Source: Sulfolobales archaeon HS-7
GTDB lineage: Archaea; Thermoproteota; Thermoprotei_A; Sulfolobales; Sulfolobaceae
Direction: 5' to 3'
Assembly: GCA_019704295.1 (NCBI GenBank)
Contig: AP024596.1
Coordinates: forward strand, 1 to 64,000
DNA: 64,000 nt
The notes under the pieces were generated by a model. The model had not been told where the DNA came from. It did not search any database and saw nothing but the letters and a program-made list of their open reading frames with translations. Position numbers and translations under genes: made by a program. Positions 1 through 10,513 of the stretch are shown here, in pieces; positions within the stretch are counted from its first letter, which is position 1, and every line of letters begins with the position of its first letter.

Positions 1-77
1 AGTCCATACGATCGCATTTGATCAAATTTATTCTATCTTACTAAATAAACTGAATTCGCAATGAATGTGTGAACGCC
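1..77 (-). mobile_element. End of a decayed IS-like element (same family as 50514-51250 and 52951-53306), body extends off the left edge of the window
   Basis: 51-73 TGAATTCGCAATGAATGTGTGAA matches 53278-53300 at 21/23, and both are preceded by AAATAAA. Confidence 0.6.
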
Positions 78-624
78 TGTTCTCAACCATCTGATCTATA
101 TTACATTTCTCTGTTTATATTCTGACAATGATTTTATCGCTTGACAAAACTAAATTACTTGGAGAAGAGTAGAGAGTCTATAGTTACTGGTTGCAATTGA
201 AATCTCGGTTATCTTTAGCCTAATTTGCTCTTAACACTACAATTATTGGATATTCTTCGTTAGCAAAGTCCATAATTACATATAGTTGTGCCTATAGTGA
301 CGTACATTGAATTATTCCTGTCATCGCTATATGTAACTATCGATTCCAGAGGAAATGAATAATACCTAACCGTTTAGGAAAAAGTCGTAAAGTTCCGTTG
401 TTTTTACGTCAAGTGGTTATCAAGGGAAAAGTTAAGTTAACTAGGAATTAACTTAACCGCGTGCTTATTTATCTCTATATGGAGAAAAGGGGTTTTGCCT
501 CAACCAGTGGAAATTGAGGTATACGGAAAAGTGAGGTAATTGTGGTAGGTAATACTCGCGATAAATTGTGGGTAAGAAAAGGGAAAAGAGATAACTCATG
601 TGAGTAAAGAGTTATTACTTTCCC

Positions 625-2994
625 GTGAGAATTTCTATCGTGAATAGGCGGGATATTGTTGAAATAGTTGTTATCATTGTTATCGCCTTTGCCTTTACCG
701 TTTTAGTTCTTAGAAACACTTTGCTTACTCCAGGCATTGTTTACGTGAGGGATAGTTACCCGGACTTTATCCGGTGTCCAAGTCCCTTTGGAAACTCCCA
801 GACTAATGTAGTTACGTTAATGGATAACCCTTTGTTTGTTTATAACTTGATGATCCCATTTTTTCCTCCAGAAGTAGTTGATAAGCTTTACTATTTCCTA
901 CCGCTATTCATTGGATTTATATCTATGTACTTCTCCTCACGTTATTTCCTTACCAAGTACTTCTCCCGGAAATTCTCATTGAGAATTGGCGTAATAAGCG
1001 GAATTACCGCCTCCCTGTTCACCATATCTCCGACGTTTATGTATTATACTTACTGGGTAAATTACGCTACTTTCGTTGCCTTAGTTCCCGTCCTTCTCGC
1101 AGGTCTGGATCTCTCCCTCTCCCTACACAATTGGAAAACTCCTTTTGGTATTGCCCTTTTTGCCTCCTTGTCTACTACCGATCCACGCGGTTTCCTCTTT
1201 ACCATTATACTTACCGTAATCTACGTGCTTTTCTACTCGCTGAGGAGCAGTTTGAGAGAGCTGATCTACTTCGTTGAGGCGATTCCGATTTACCTGTTAG
1301 TTAACATAAGGACTTTCCTCTCTCTCTTCCTGAACTCTAGGGTTCTTACCTCATATTCTACTAGTATATCTAACTCCCAGCTCTGGTTAAATTACCTGAC
1401 TTACTCTTTTGAGGATAACCTAAGAGGAATAGGACTTTTTAGACCCTTCGTGAACTTCTTTCCAGGGAACTTCGTTGTATCGTACACCCTTTCCTTCATC
1501 TTTCCATTTTTTCTGATAGTAGGAACAATTTTCGCTTACAGGAAAATAAGGAGTACTCCCGTATTACTCTTTCTCGGGATCTACCTAGGTTTGGTGATCA
1601 TTTTATCGTCCTCAGTAACCGTCTTTGGAAAGAACGTAACACTTGACCTAATTTACTACGTTAATGACTTTCTGGTGAGAACTCCGTTTTACAATTACAT
1701 GTGGTTAATACTTCCGACATATCTTCCGGAGATTATGATAGCTCCGTTCTTTCTTGTCTTCTCCATGCTCGCGTATGTTATGACGGAGAGGTCAAACATG
1801 GCCTTGTACCTATTGTTGATGTTAGTCATTACGTCCCAGTTGGTGTTTTCATATTCCTCCTACGCAACTGGCAATTACGCTGGTAATTACGTTCCAACGT
1901 GTATACCAGAACCTCTAATAAAGATGGCGGAGATAGCTAACGGGAGTAAAATACTAATTTACTCTCCAGGGGAGATCGAATTTGACGGTAGAAATTACTC
2001 AGGATTGATTGAGGGAGGCTTCCCTAATTCCCTAGTTAATCCCGTTAATTTCAGTTACATTGTTAAAAACCCCACACCTATTATGGAGTACTTAGGCGCT
2101 AAGTACATGGCTTTGATTGATGAACCTGAAATGTTCAAGGAGATAAGGGGAGATCCAGGACTGAAACTGGTTTACAATCAATCGGGTTTCGCCCTATTTC
2201 AGGACTGCGAATTTTCCCCTGCTTTCAGATCAACTGGAGCAACGATTCTCGCAAACTATCCCCAAAGTTTAGAGTTCATCAACAGTTCAACTCAGGCTTA
2301 CATTCCAGGATATATCGCAGTACCGTTTCAACTAGTTAGCGGTGTATTAGACGGAAACATCACCTGTTTACTTGCTGTGGTCTACTCTAATTACTCGGTT
2401 AAAATACCGCTTCACAGAATTCCGTTTCCCTACAACTTCACGGCCGACATTGATGGTTCGTTTTGCACTTTTCATGTTCTGTCAAATTTTCCTGGGATTA
2501 GCGTAATAGAGGTTGTAGGCATCGCAAAGGAGAGGGTTAAGCTTTTACCTGGAACTTACGATGTTTTGATCCAGTATGTGTCCTTTCCCAGTGGAGGGAT
2601 AATTGAAATATCGAACGGCACCCTTACTTACAACGTTTCTACAAACTCTTCGCTCGGAATAAGGGTTACCGAAATCGAAAACTACACCTCCCCAGGTTAT
2701 ATATGCCTAATATATCCCGATAATACAAAGGTATTTTTGGTCAGGGTTGAGGCTGTATCGGTTTCTGCAGTGAGTAAGATCGAGCTAAGACCTGAGGACG
2801 TATGCGTTACCACTAATCCCGTGTCTAATAACGGTATTCCCTCAGTAGGATACACTATAGTCACAGGAAAGGTGACCGAACCTAGATCTTATACTGATTA
2901 CCTCATCGAAGTGAATGGCGTAACCGTATTAATCGTTGTACTTCTTTTTGAATTTCTGTCTAAGAGAAGAGTAAAATACCCCAATGAGGACTAG
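625..2994 (+). CDS. Large polytopic membrane protein, GT-C-like glycosyltransferase architecture
   Basis: 789-aa ORF; about 11-13 N-terminal TM segments, sequon-rich extracellular domain, C-terminal TM anchor. Confidence 0.6.
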   Translation: MRISIVNRRDIVEIVVIIVIAFAFTVLVLRNTLLTPGIVYVRDSYPDFIRCPSPFGNSQTNVVTLMDNPLFVYNLMIPFFPPEVVDKLYYFLPLFIGFISMYFSSRYFLTKYFSRKFSLRIGVISGITASLFTISPTFMYYTYWVNYATFVALVPVLLAGLDLSLSLHNWKTPFGIALFASLSTTDPRGFLFTIILTVIYVLFYSLRSSLRELIYFVEAIPIYLLVNIRTFLSLFLNSRVLTSYSTSISNSQLWLNYLTYSFEDNLRGIGLFRPFVNFFPGNFVVSYTLSFIFPFFLIVGTIFAYRKIRSTPVLLFLGIYLGLVIILSSSVTVFGKNVTLDLIYYVNDFLVRTPFYNYMWLILPTYLPEIMIAPFFLVFSMLAYVMTERSNMALYLLLMLVITSQLVFSYSSYATGNYAGNYVPTCIPEPLIKMAEIANGSKILIYSPGEIEFDGRNYSGLIEGGFPNSLVNPVNFSYIVKNPTPIMEYLGAKYMALIDEPEMFKEIRGDPGLKLVYNQSGFALFQDCEFSPAFRSTGATILANYPQSLEFINSSTQAYIPGYIAVPFQLVSGVLDGNITCLLAVVYSNYSVKIPLHRIPFPYNFTADIDGSFCTFHVLSNFPGISVIEVVGIAKERVKLLPGTYDVLIQYVSFPSGGIIEISNGTLTYNVSTNSSLGIRVTEIENYTSPGYICLIYPDNTKVFLVRVEAVSVSAVSKIELRPEDVCVTTNPVSNNGIPSVGYTIVTGKVTEPRSYTDYLIEVNGVTVLIVVLLFEFLSKRRVKYPNED

Positions 2995-3594
2995 TAGGAT
3001 AAGGGATGACATAACAACATCGTTTATGTTCTGTTCTATTTCACTCTGGAAGAGGAGTTTTCCCGCTTGGGATAGATTAGATGGAATGAAAATTGAGGAG
3101 TTAAAGAGTATGTTAGACTCTCTCAATATATAGGTCACATTACTTACTACTTCTTTTGAACCCTGTATAAAACACACCTTCTCTGGGACACCAGTCGAGT
3201 TGACGTAGATATACGTCTTAAGGTAAACGCCCTTTGTAAGGTTAGTGCAGTTGTAGTAGACGTAAAAATTACGATTTGAAACTAGGAAGAAGCTTCTATT
3301 TCCCCAGAGTATATGAGTTTCCCCCGGCATGGGAATGTAAAGAAATTGAGTTGGGGAAGATGTGTTGTCCAAGAAGTAAGTATTGACGTAAACTGAAGTA
3401 TTCAAATTGATTAACATTTCCTGGATCAAGGACGTTCCATTGGGGAAATTCTTCAGGACTTTCTGAATAAGTAATCCCTGAAGGGAACTACAATCCTGGT
3501 AGAAGTGGTAATAGACGTTATATTCAACGAATACGCCAGGATGAATCGTCAGTAGAAGTAAAAGTATGAGCTTTAGCATATGTATGGTTTTCAC
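2929..3594 (-). CDS. Secreted, membrane-anchored surface glycoprotein (paralog of 3705-4385)
   Basis: Signal peptide, many N-x-S/T sequons, C-terminal TM plus basic tail; shares FVEY, LLIQ, VNSTGVP, SNI with its neighbour. Confidence 0.75.
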   Translation of the reverse strand: MKTIHMLKLILLLLLTIHPGVFVEYNVYYHFYQDCSSLQGLLIQKVLKNFPNGTSLIQEMLINLNTSVYVNTYFLDNTSSPTQFLYIPMPGETHILWGNRSFFLVSNRNFYVYYNCTNLTKGVYLKTYIYVNSTGVPEKVCFIQGSKEVVSNVTYILRESNILFNSSIFIPSNLSQAGKLLFQSEIEQNINDVVMSSLILLVLIGVFYSSLRQKFKKKYND

Positions 3595-3704
3595 TAATTA
3601 AATAATAATCTTTATTTTACGGAAGGCTTTCATAGCAGCGCTAACTAAAGTGTTAAGGTTAATTTGATTGAGAACTTTGTGAGAGGTTAAAGGTATACAA
3701 GAAG

Positions 3705-4385
3705 TTATTTTTTCCTATCTCTTAAAAGTAGAATAACGAGAATCCCTATAAGTCCTGCGAGTATTGTGTATTCCTTTATCTTAAATTTTATGTAAGAAAG
3801 TGAGATTAATTTGTGAGTAGCGTAAAAAATATGAGGTGGGACAATTGGCTTTTCCTCAGGATCTACAATGTTGCTTGCGATGAGGTGCATGTGAATCTCA
3901 CTAACAACTGTGCCATTACTGGCTAGCTGTAACTCAATGATGTTAGTTGGAACACCAGTGGAGTTCACGAATACAATTTCCTTTATCTTAACCCCCACTG
4001 AAAGATTAAAGTATCCAACGTAAGTAAAACAATCACGACTCTGGTTTTCCAAAATCAGCAGCGGATCCCTATATAGAGTGGTGTTCCCGACACCATTTAT
4101 TAGGTAAAAGGTTTGAGGATTTAATAGAACATCGGTCATTGTGGAGTTTACCGCAACACTATCATTAAGTTCTATTAGGATGTCTTTATATGTAAAGCTA
4201 CTAGATTCAACATTAGTCACGCACTGAATTAGGAGGTCACAAAGTAGTTTTCGTGAAGGGTAAAACACGATTCTCTCCTTATATTCCACGAAGTTAGAAT
4301 GGGCAAGAGAAATAGAAACTGTAAATAGAAACAAAAAAAGTAATATAAAACGTAGCATTAAATCTTTACCTTTTATTATTGCCAT
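3705..4385 (-). CDS. Secreted, membrane-anchored surface glycoprotein (paralog of 2929-3594)
   Basis: Signal peptide, C-terminal TM plus RDRKK tail, motifs shared with its neighbour. Confidence 0.75.
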   Translation of the reverse strand: MAIIKGKDLMLRFILLFLFLFTVSISLAHSNFVEYKERIVFYPSRKLLCDLLIQCVTNVESSSFTYKDILIELNDSVAVNSTMTDVLLNPQTFYLINGVGNTTLYRDPLLILENQSRDCFTYVGYFNLSVGVKIKEIVFVNSTGVPTNIIELQLASNGTVVSEIHMHLIASNIVDPEEKPIVPPHIFYATHKLISLSYIKFKIKEYTILAGLIGILVILLLRDRKK

Positions 4386-4416
4386 ATGTTAGCTCTATTG
4401 CTCTGCGACGCTAGTG

Positions 4417-4869
4417 CTAACTACTAGTTACTAAGAGAGATGCGGTAGAGGATTGACCGTTAGCGTAATCGATAGTAACTGTGACCTGACCGCCAATATC
4501 TCCACTTATAGCACTTGCTAGATTCGCGTTGCTTATTGAGAAGCTCACTGTGCTGATGCCAGCCCCAAAAGATGTCGCAGTCGCTGGTGTGTATGCCTGC
4601 CCTCCTATCACTACCTGTGAAATCTGGTAGTCTGATGTTGATGGGTTCTTCACGGTAATAGATATTGTCACATAAGAACCGCTAGCAGAAATAGTACCCG
4701 ATGTAATCTGTGGAGGATTAGCGTTACCTCCAAAAAGCGATACGTAGTTGAACGCGAAGAATATTACTATGAAGACAATTAGTATTGACGCTATTAGTAG
4801 TATTAACGCAGTTACTGCACCAGAAAGGCCTCTTCTATTTTTTCCTTTTTGACTAACCTTTACGTACAT
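4417..4869 (-). CDS. Archaeal type IV pilin, Aap-like
   Basis: Class III signal peptide RRG/LSGAVTALILLIASILIV; Ser/Thr-rich beta domain. Confidence 0.85.
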   Translation of the reverse strand: MYVKVSQKGKNRRGLSGAVTALILLIASILIVFIVIFFAFNYVSLFGGNANPPQITSGTISASGSYVTISITVKNPSTSDYQISQVVIGGQAYTPATATSFGAGISTVSFSISNANLASAISGDIGGQVTVTIDYANGQSSTASLLVTSS

Positions 4870-5279
4870 GGTTAAATGTAACTCTTGTTACTAATATATA
4901 AACCTTTTGCTTCTTTTCTCCTCTTGATCAGTTAACTAATTGTTCCTAACATAATACCAGTTCCCTCCCGAGTTGATTATAGGGGTTAAGGTGTAGAAGA
5001 CCCGTAAGGATGGTCACTAACTAACACTATATGCCCAAGAATCTTCGCCTCGAGGGTTTAGTGGGTTTGAGGTAGGAGACAATAAGCCTCCAACTTAAGG
5101 GAATAACCGTGATCGATGAAAGTCTCCTCTTTCCGTACAATCCCCTCTAAGAGAAATCATCGATTCCAAATGTTTGATATCATTAACCGTGTCTACAATT
5201 GGAGGGAATTAAGGCAAAACAGCTCTAAATAAATTGCGTCACCAAAATAGTTTTTAACTGCTCTCTCAGATATGCGATT

Positions 5280-5654
5280 ATGGATAAAGTAAGGACTATC
5301 GCCTACGCAGTTTTTGCGATAGCTTTAGTTCTAGCGGTATTACTCTCTGCCACTAGCGACCTTTTCTCGTCGTCATTAAGACAATTGAACTCCTTAGGAG
5401 GAGTTTCAATCACTGCCTTCTTTTCGAATCACTGTCTTTTCCTTAATGTTACAAATAACATGAATACGTACCTCACATTTTATAACGCCACCGGACCGGG
5501 CATTTACTTAACGAGGGTAATGAGAATCCCCTCCCACTCTTCGGGAGTTTTAGATCTTTACGTAAGCAATCTATCGATACTCTCAAGGCCATTTCGTCTA
5601 CTTCTCTTCCTCTCCTTCGCTGGTGTAAACGTAACAACTTCGGTGAAAATTTGA
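5280..5654 (+). CDS. Membrane-anchored hypothetical protein
   Basis: 124-aa ORF with N-terminal TM; stop overlaps the next start (TTGA). Confidence 0.65.
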   Translation: MDKVRTIAYAVFAIALVLAVLLSATSDLFSSSLRQLNSLGGVSITAFFSNHCLFLNVTNNMNTYLTFYNATGPGIYLTRVMRIPSHSSGVLDLYVSNLSILSRPFRLLLFLSFAGVNVTTSVKI

Positions 5655-6220
5655 GATACCCCATTACCCTATCCTATAACGTAATTACCGCCTTCACGGC
5701 GATCGCCTCATCTTTCCTTTTCACTTCATGGTGGAACCTGAGGATAGGTTCTCTGTTAGAGTTAAGGGATTCTCCTTTCCACCTGGCAATTTACCTGTCT
5801 GGACAGTATCTCACTCTCTCCGAACTACTAAACTTATTCCTTTTAGCAATTGCCCTTTACGTTACTGCACTAAGCTCAGGATACATTTACTACACCCTCA
5901 AGGGGAGACCAAAGATCACGGGAACGCTCTTCTGGTTAACCCTGCTTTACCTTCTCGATCCCATCATAGTGTACCTAGTGGGAAATTACTTCACGCCAAT
6001 AATAGCCTCAGCCCTGGGATATAAGGTAAACCTCTCCTACCCTTTCTTTATTTTCGGTAATCAGAAAATATCATTAGATACGAACATCCTTAACATTAAT
6101 TCAATATCGTTCAACATTTACAGTTATCCCACACTATATTATTTTATCTTTCTTACATTACAATTACTATATATTCCATCAAGAATAGAAATACACGTTA
6201 AAGCTCGACGTAGTAATTAG
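5651..6220 (+). CDS. Hypothetical membrane protein
   Basis: 189-aa hydrophobic ORF; GGTGA RBS at 5642; translationally coupled to the upstream ORF. Confidence 0.65.
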   Translation: MRYPITLSYNVITAFTAIASSFLFTSWWNLRIGSLLELRDSPFHLAIYLSGQYLTLSELLNLFLLAIALYVTALSSGYIYYTLKGRPKITGTLFWLTLLYLLDPIIVYLVGNYFTPIIASALGYKVNLSYPFFIFGNQKISLDTNILNINSISFNIYSYPTLYYFIFLTLQLLYIPSRIEIHVKARRSN

Positions 6221-6290
6221 GGTAAAACTTCCTCTTTAGATATAGCCCGAAAGGAAATGTTCTCTTGACAAGTTGAGGATCTCAGTAGTC

Positions 6291-7640
6291 TCACTGGTAT
6301 ACTAACTGATACAACGTTACGCCGTACGGTATCTGTACTATAAGAGTTCCCGACGGAACGAACTCATTATACGGCGGTTCCCTGAGGTTATATGAAGGCG
6401 GATTACTAATCATTGGACCCAGAGATAGAGGAAGCGTATTTCCAGTGTATACGGTTTCTACCCCATTCGTTGAATAACAGCTTAGAGGTAGGGGAAGACT
6501 AGGATATTGGTAAATGTTCCACGGCGTCTGTTCGATCATGTCCAAACCGCTTCCGGGTAACCACTCCCCGTTATATTTCACCCAGGCTTGCACGAAGCTA
6601 CCCGAGGAATTTGAGATCACGTTAATCCTAAATTCGAAATGACAGGAGAAGTTACCTCCTAGCATAACCTGGGGCCAGTAAAAGAACTCGAATCCATCAT
6701 ACAGAACATCCCACATGCCCTCTCGGTAGTTAGGAGGAACGGTTAAGACCTCGCTCTCCGGACACGCAGTAGAGTTGGATACAACCGTACCGACTATTAG
6801 GGTTAGGGAATTGGGTGGTACATTGAACCTCTTTCCCTGACACACGTAGGCTGGGTAATTGAAAGTTCCTGACGTTGTCAGGCGGTAGGGATTGTAGATT
6901 TCCTGGAGTGTAACCGCATTAGCGGATGAGGGGATTGCAACGGTATAAAATAGTCTGGAGTAATTAGTACCGTAGCCGAATGCGATCATCGGACCAACGT
7001 AATAGCCGAAGTTATCGGGACCAACGGGAATTGTGAATAGCCAACCTCCACACCATATTGAGTCGCTCCACTGTGCCGAAAATCCTCCGCTAACTTGGGT
7101 TACAACGTTAACCGGACCGTAAACTTTCCCATTGGAGTAATACGCGTCTCCCGAGGAGTTTACCACAGCAGGAGATGAAAGGGAGAAAAGTCCTTTTGAT
7201 GGGAATGGAAAGGATATGTCGTAGTCCCCAAAAGGAGGAGCGGGATTTTGGAAAAGTTCCGCTGACGCAAGTAAGTTAGTTACGTTACTTCCGTAGTCAG
7301 AGATGTTAAACCACTCCCCCTGAGAGTCGACAACAATTACCCAGGGGTTTCCGTCAGTTAAGCAATTCACAGGAATTGGGTGATCTAGCACAATGCTGAC
7401 GTTTTTCCGAACACCGCCAGGATATATTAAGTAGGTTATTGTAACCGGACCGTCTGACGCGATCTCAGTTCCCTTAGACGTGTCGAACTCCACGATCTGA
7501 TATCTCGGCTGGGATAATCTATCCAGCTCATTTCTGGCTAACTGCGTTTGACCGTTCATTTCATAGTACATTAGTGAGAGGCTAATCGCTAGTAAAGTAA
7601 TTATTACGACTCCTCCTATAACTGACGCCTGAGCTCTCAT
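6291..7640 (-). CDS. Large pilin-like/adhesin protein with class III signal peptide
   Basis: MRA/QASVIGGVVIITLLAISLSLMY prepilin-type N-terminus at ATG 7640 (ORF track starts 7670); aromatic-rich beta domain. Confidence 0.65.
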   Translation of the reverse strand: MRAQASVIGGVVIITLLAISLSLMYYEMNGQTQLARNELDRLSQPRYQIVEFDTSKGTEIASDGPVTITYLIYPGGVRKNVSIVLDHPIPVNCLTDGNPWVIVVDSQGEWFNISDYGSNVTNLLASAELFQNPAPPFGDYDISFPFPSKGLFSLSSPAVVNSSGDAYYSNGKVYGPVNVVTQVSGGFSAQWSDSIWCGGWLFTIPVGPDNFGYYVGPMIAFGYGTNYSRLFYTVAIPSSANAVTLQEIYNPYRLTTSGTFNYPAYVCQGKRFNVPPNSLTLIVGTVVSNSTACPESEVLTVPPNYREGMWDVLYDGFEFFYWPQVMLGGNFSCHFEFRINVISNSSGSFVQAWVKYNGEWLPGSGLDMIEQTPWNIYQYPSLPLPLSCYSTNGVETVYTGNTLPLSLGPMISNPPSYNLREPPYNEFVPSGTLIVQIPYGVTLYQLVYQ

Positions 7641-8028
7641 GGTTTTCAGATAGTGTAATATGAGAGACACAGCAATTCGAAAATTTTATCCCGAGAGGAG
7701 TGGTTTGATGATCTCGGGATTTAGTTTTAATACGTAAGGGACAGCTGACATTAAGGATAGGATATTTGCTTAATTTCCAAGTAAGTGCGGTGATTAACAG
7801 CTTTTATCAAAGTCTTCCTGCTTTTATCAATTATCAGAAGGACCCAGTTATCGTGTTAGGTGTAATAACAGCGTAAGGTTAGTCGGACTGTCGATCACCT
7901 TGAAATAGCGTGAACAAAGAGTGTTCACTGATTTGAGGAGCGAGAATAAAGGGACTGACCTTATTAGAATATAGTGTAGAGAACCCCAGTGGATATAAAT
8001 ATTATATAGTAACATATAGCTTACTGTA

Positions 8029-8424
8029 ATGAAGAAAAAAATACTCGGGATAGGACTGCTGATACTTTTTGCTTCTGGTATAGGCGTTTCTTTTTCCCTA
8101 ATAGACCAGGGAGGAATTTTCAAGGAGCAGGATATAGAGCTTTACCCGAATCAAACCTATACAATTTACGGTAGGGGCACATTCGTTATAATATTCGCTA
8201 ATTCCACAGCAAACGTGACTTACCTAAACAGGACTGGACCTCTAAACGGTTCGTTTTTCACCGTGCTGAACGGTTACATCAACTTAAGAGGCTCTAGAGG
8301 CATCACTTCGGTAAGTGTGTTGAAGTTCTCTAATGACATTCAAGATTACCTTCTCTTAATGATATCAATTTTACTGTTTCTAGTTGGTCTATACGAGGTT
8401 GATAGGGCTTTTAGAAGAACTTAA
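8029..8424 (+). CDS. Hypothetical membrane protein
   Basis: 131 aa with N- and C-terminal TM segments. Confidence 0.7.
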   Translation: MKKKILGIGLLILFASGIGVSFSLIDQGGIFKEQDIELYPNQTYTIYGRGTFVIIFANSTANVTYLNRTGPLNGSFFTVLNGYINLRGSRGITSVSVLKFSNDIQDYLLLMISILLFLVGLYEVDRAFRRT

Positions 8425-8890
8425 CTAGGGATACGTATAATAACAGAACACCTATTAGGCAGAACCACCCGTTAATAACGGGATTATTGTACCTAAATGA
8501 AGCTAACGAAAATCTCCTCCACCTACCTCCACTCCTTACGTAAATTCCCCTTTCAGTAAGTGAGTCTAGGAAAATGTGGAGCGGACCAATAAGTACGCAA
8601 GAGAGGAATATCACCAACGCAATGTAACTGTTGAATAGGTAGGCGTAAAGGATTAAAGGGATTGCCGGTAGAATTCCCCAGAAGACGCTTCTACCCAATG
8701 TGTGAGTTCTCGGAGTTCTCCTTATGTAACCTCCTCTAACCTCGTGACCGAGCCTATCAATTAGCACATTTCCGGCTACGGAGAAAACGGACAGAACTAA
8801 AAGTAGTGTAAAGGGGTTTACATTCAAAAAAAGAGATACACTAAAGAACATAACGCCTATTGAGAATAAGTAGTGAGTAATTAGCTTCAA
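8411..8890 (-). CDS. DUF1286-like membrane-bound metal-dependent hydrolase
   Basis: MKLITH, DRLGH, RTPRTHT and HIFLDSLT His/Asp motifs in a TM protein. Confidence 0.75.
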   Translation of the reverse strand: MKLITHYLFSIGVMFFSVSLFLNVNPFTLLLVLSVFSVAGNVLIDRLGHEVRGGYIRRTPRTHTLGRSVFWGILPAIPLILYAYLFNSYIALVIFLSCVLIGPLHIFLDSLTERGIYVRSGGRWRRFSLASFRYNNPVINGWFCLIGVLLLYVSLVKFF

Positions 8891-9210
8891 CTATCATTCC
8901 TGGCTATTGACTCCTTTAAGCTTGAGATTAGACTGTCCATTCTCTCCTTCATTTCGGGCGGGAGGGGCTTTTTCGGCTTTAAATTATCCAACGCTCCTAT
9001 CGCCTTTTCCACCTCATCCTTGAACTTACCCTTGGTAAACACCAACTTATAAGCACTGACGATGTGCCTCTTCGCTTCATTCCAAACCTTTACGTCATCC
9101 TCGGTGTAAAATCCCTCTTTAACCAAGTATGTGGTGATATCCGTATTCACTAATGGAAGGAGTAGGTCGTAGGCTTTCCACAGACTTTTTACAGCGTTCT
9201 CCATATCCAT
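8887..9210 (-). CDS. Hypothetical protein
   Basis: 107-aa helical ORF, coupled to the downstream gene. Confidence 0.7.
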   Translation of the reverse strand: MDMENAVKSLWKAYDLLLPLVNTDITTYLVKEGFYTEDDVKVWNEAKRHIVSAYKLVFTKGKFKDEVEKAIGALDNLKPKKPLPPEMKERMDSLISSLKESIARNDS

Positions 9211-9239
9211 TACTCACATTTTAGATATAATAATTTGAC

Positions 9240-9983
9240 TCAGGCTGATATGAGTTCTCCTGCAATCCTCTTGCTGGGGTTTACGACTTCCACGTTAGGG
9301 AACATCTTGCTTACAGCTGTTACCCTCTTCTCCAGATCGCTGGAGTGAACTATAACGATTATCTTCGAGTTCTTAGCTAATTCCGCTACTATTAGCATGG
9401 AGTACAACGCGTCAGAGGGATCGTTGACGTCTATTATTATCATCCTGGCCTTATCCACGTGAAACCTCCTCATTTCCTCCTCTGAAAGGAGATTTGCGGT
9501 GTAGACCCTGAATCCGTCACTGTTTAGCTTTTCAGCCATTACCGTATCTGAAACCAACATTACGTACTTCTCCTTTTTAGACTTCAGCTGTTCAGCCATA
9601 TTGACGTTTACGTTACCCGAACCTATCAGAAGAATATTTCCCTTGATCATTTCCTCTTCGAACATGGCCAACCTGTTTGACAAGCTAATTATTCTCCTAC
9701 TCGCTACGTCACCAGAGATGCTCGTCAGTGCAGTGAGGAAGGCTCCCATTCCTAAGACTATAAGCGATATTACAAATATCTTGGCAATAGGGGTTGTGGG
9801 AACTATATCTCCATATCCTACGGTGGAGAGGGTAATTATAGTGAAGTAGAGGGCGTTAATTAAATTCATCTTCTCGTTAAAATTATGACCGAGATCCCCT
9901 AGGATTAACGAACCCACAAATCCGAAAATAACTACGGAAAAGAGCAGTAATAGAGAAGCTATAGATCTGTAAGAGAGTATCAT
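9240..9983 (-). CDS. Potassium channel, 2-TM pore plus RCK domain
   Basis: TVGYGD selectivity filter; Rossmann-like RCK domain (LLIGSG). Confidence 0.9.
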   Translation of the reverse strand: MILSYRSIASLLLLFSVVIFGFVGSLILGDLGHNFNEKMNLINALYFTIITLSTVGYGDIVPTTPIAKIFVISLIVLGMGAFLTALTSISGDVASRRIISLSNRLAMFEEEMIKGNILLIGSGNVNVNMAEQLKSKKEKYVMLVSDTVMAEKLNSDGFRVYTANLLSEEEMRRFHVDKARMIIIDVNDPSDALYSMLIVAELAKNSKIIVIVHSSDLEKRVTAVSKMFPNVEVVNPSKRIAGELISA

Positions 9984-10013
9984 AGAAAAGAGTTTTCGGT
10001 AATGTATAAGAAG

Positions 10014-10445
10014 TTACCTTACTACAAGTACGGGGACTTTTGACTCGCTAACTATCCTTGATGAAACGCTACCTAGGAATAGCTTTTTCCAGGTTGATAG
10101 ACCCCTCGTACCTGTCACTATGAGGTCAGCTTTTACCCTCTCAGCATACTCTAAAATAGCGTTAGCTGGATCTCCGTCTAAAACCTCTCCTGAAACACTG
10201 TGTACCTTCCCCTTAGCTAATTCAGAAGCCTGCTTCACGTCATCTTTGGCTCTCGAGAAAAGTTGATCTATAAGTTCTTGGGGGATAGGGCTTTGTCCCA
10301 TCCCTATTATTGTAGCTGTGTCAACGGCTTCCACTATATAGAGGTCTGCATCAAACTTTGAAGCTATTTCGACAGCTACCTCCAGGGCTTTCTTCGAATG
10401 AGATGAACCGTCATATCCGACTAAAACTTTTTTGAACATAACCAT
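10014..10445 (-). CDS. Universal stress protein
   Basis: VLVGYDGS and GTRGLS...LGSVS...PVLVV motifs. Confidence 0.95.
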   Translation of the reverse strand: MVMFKKVLVGYDGSSHSKKALEVAVEIASKFDADLYIVEAVDTATIIGMGQSPIPQELIDQLFSRAKDDVKQASELAKGKVHSVSGEVLDGDPANAILEYAERVKADLIVTGTRGLSTWKKLFLGSVSSRIVSESKVPVLVVR

Positions 10446-10513
10446 GTTTGAAAAATACGATTTATAAAGTTGAAGTAGATGAGAACGGTGATAAATTACT
10501 TTAACAAAGTTTA

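Noticed and set aside
4982-5200. Possible IS left-end relic (similar weak traces at 7791-7830, 32149-32186, 36452-36472, 38801-38836, 48981-49000, 58423-58440)
   Set aside because: Similarity too short or too degenerate to call by eye
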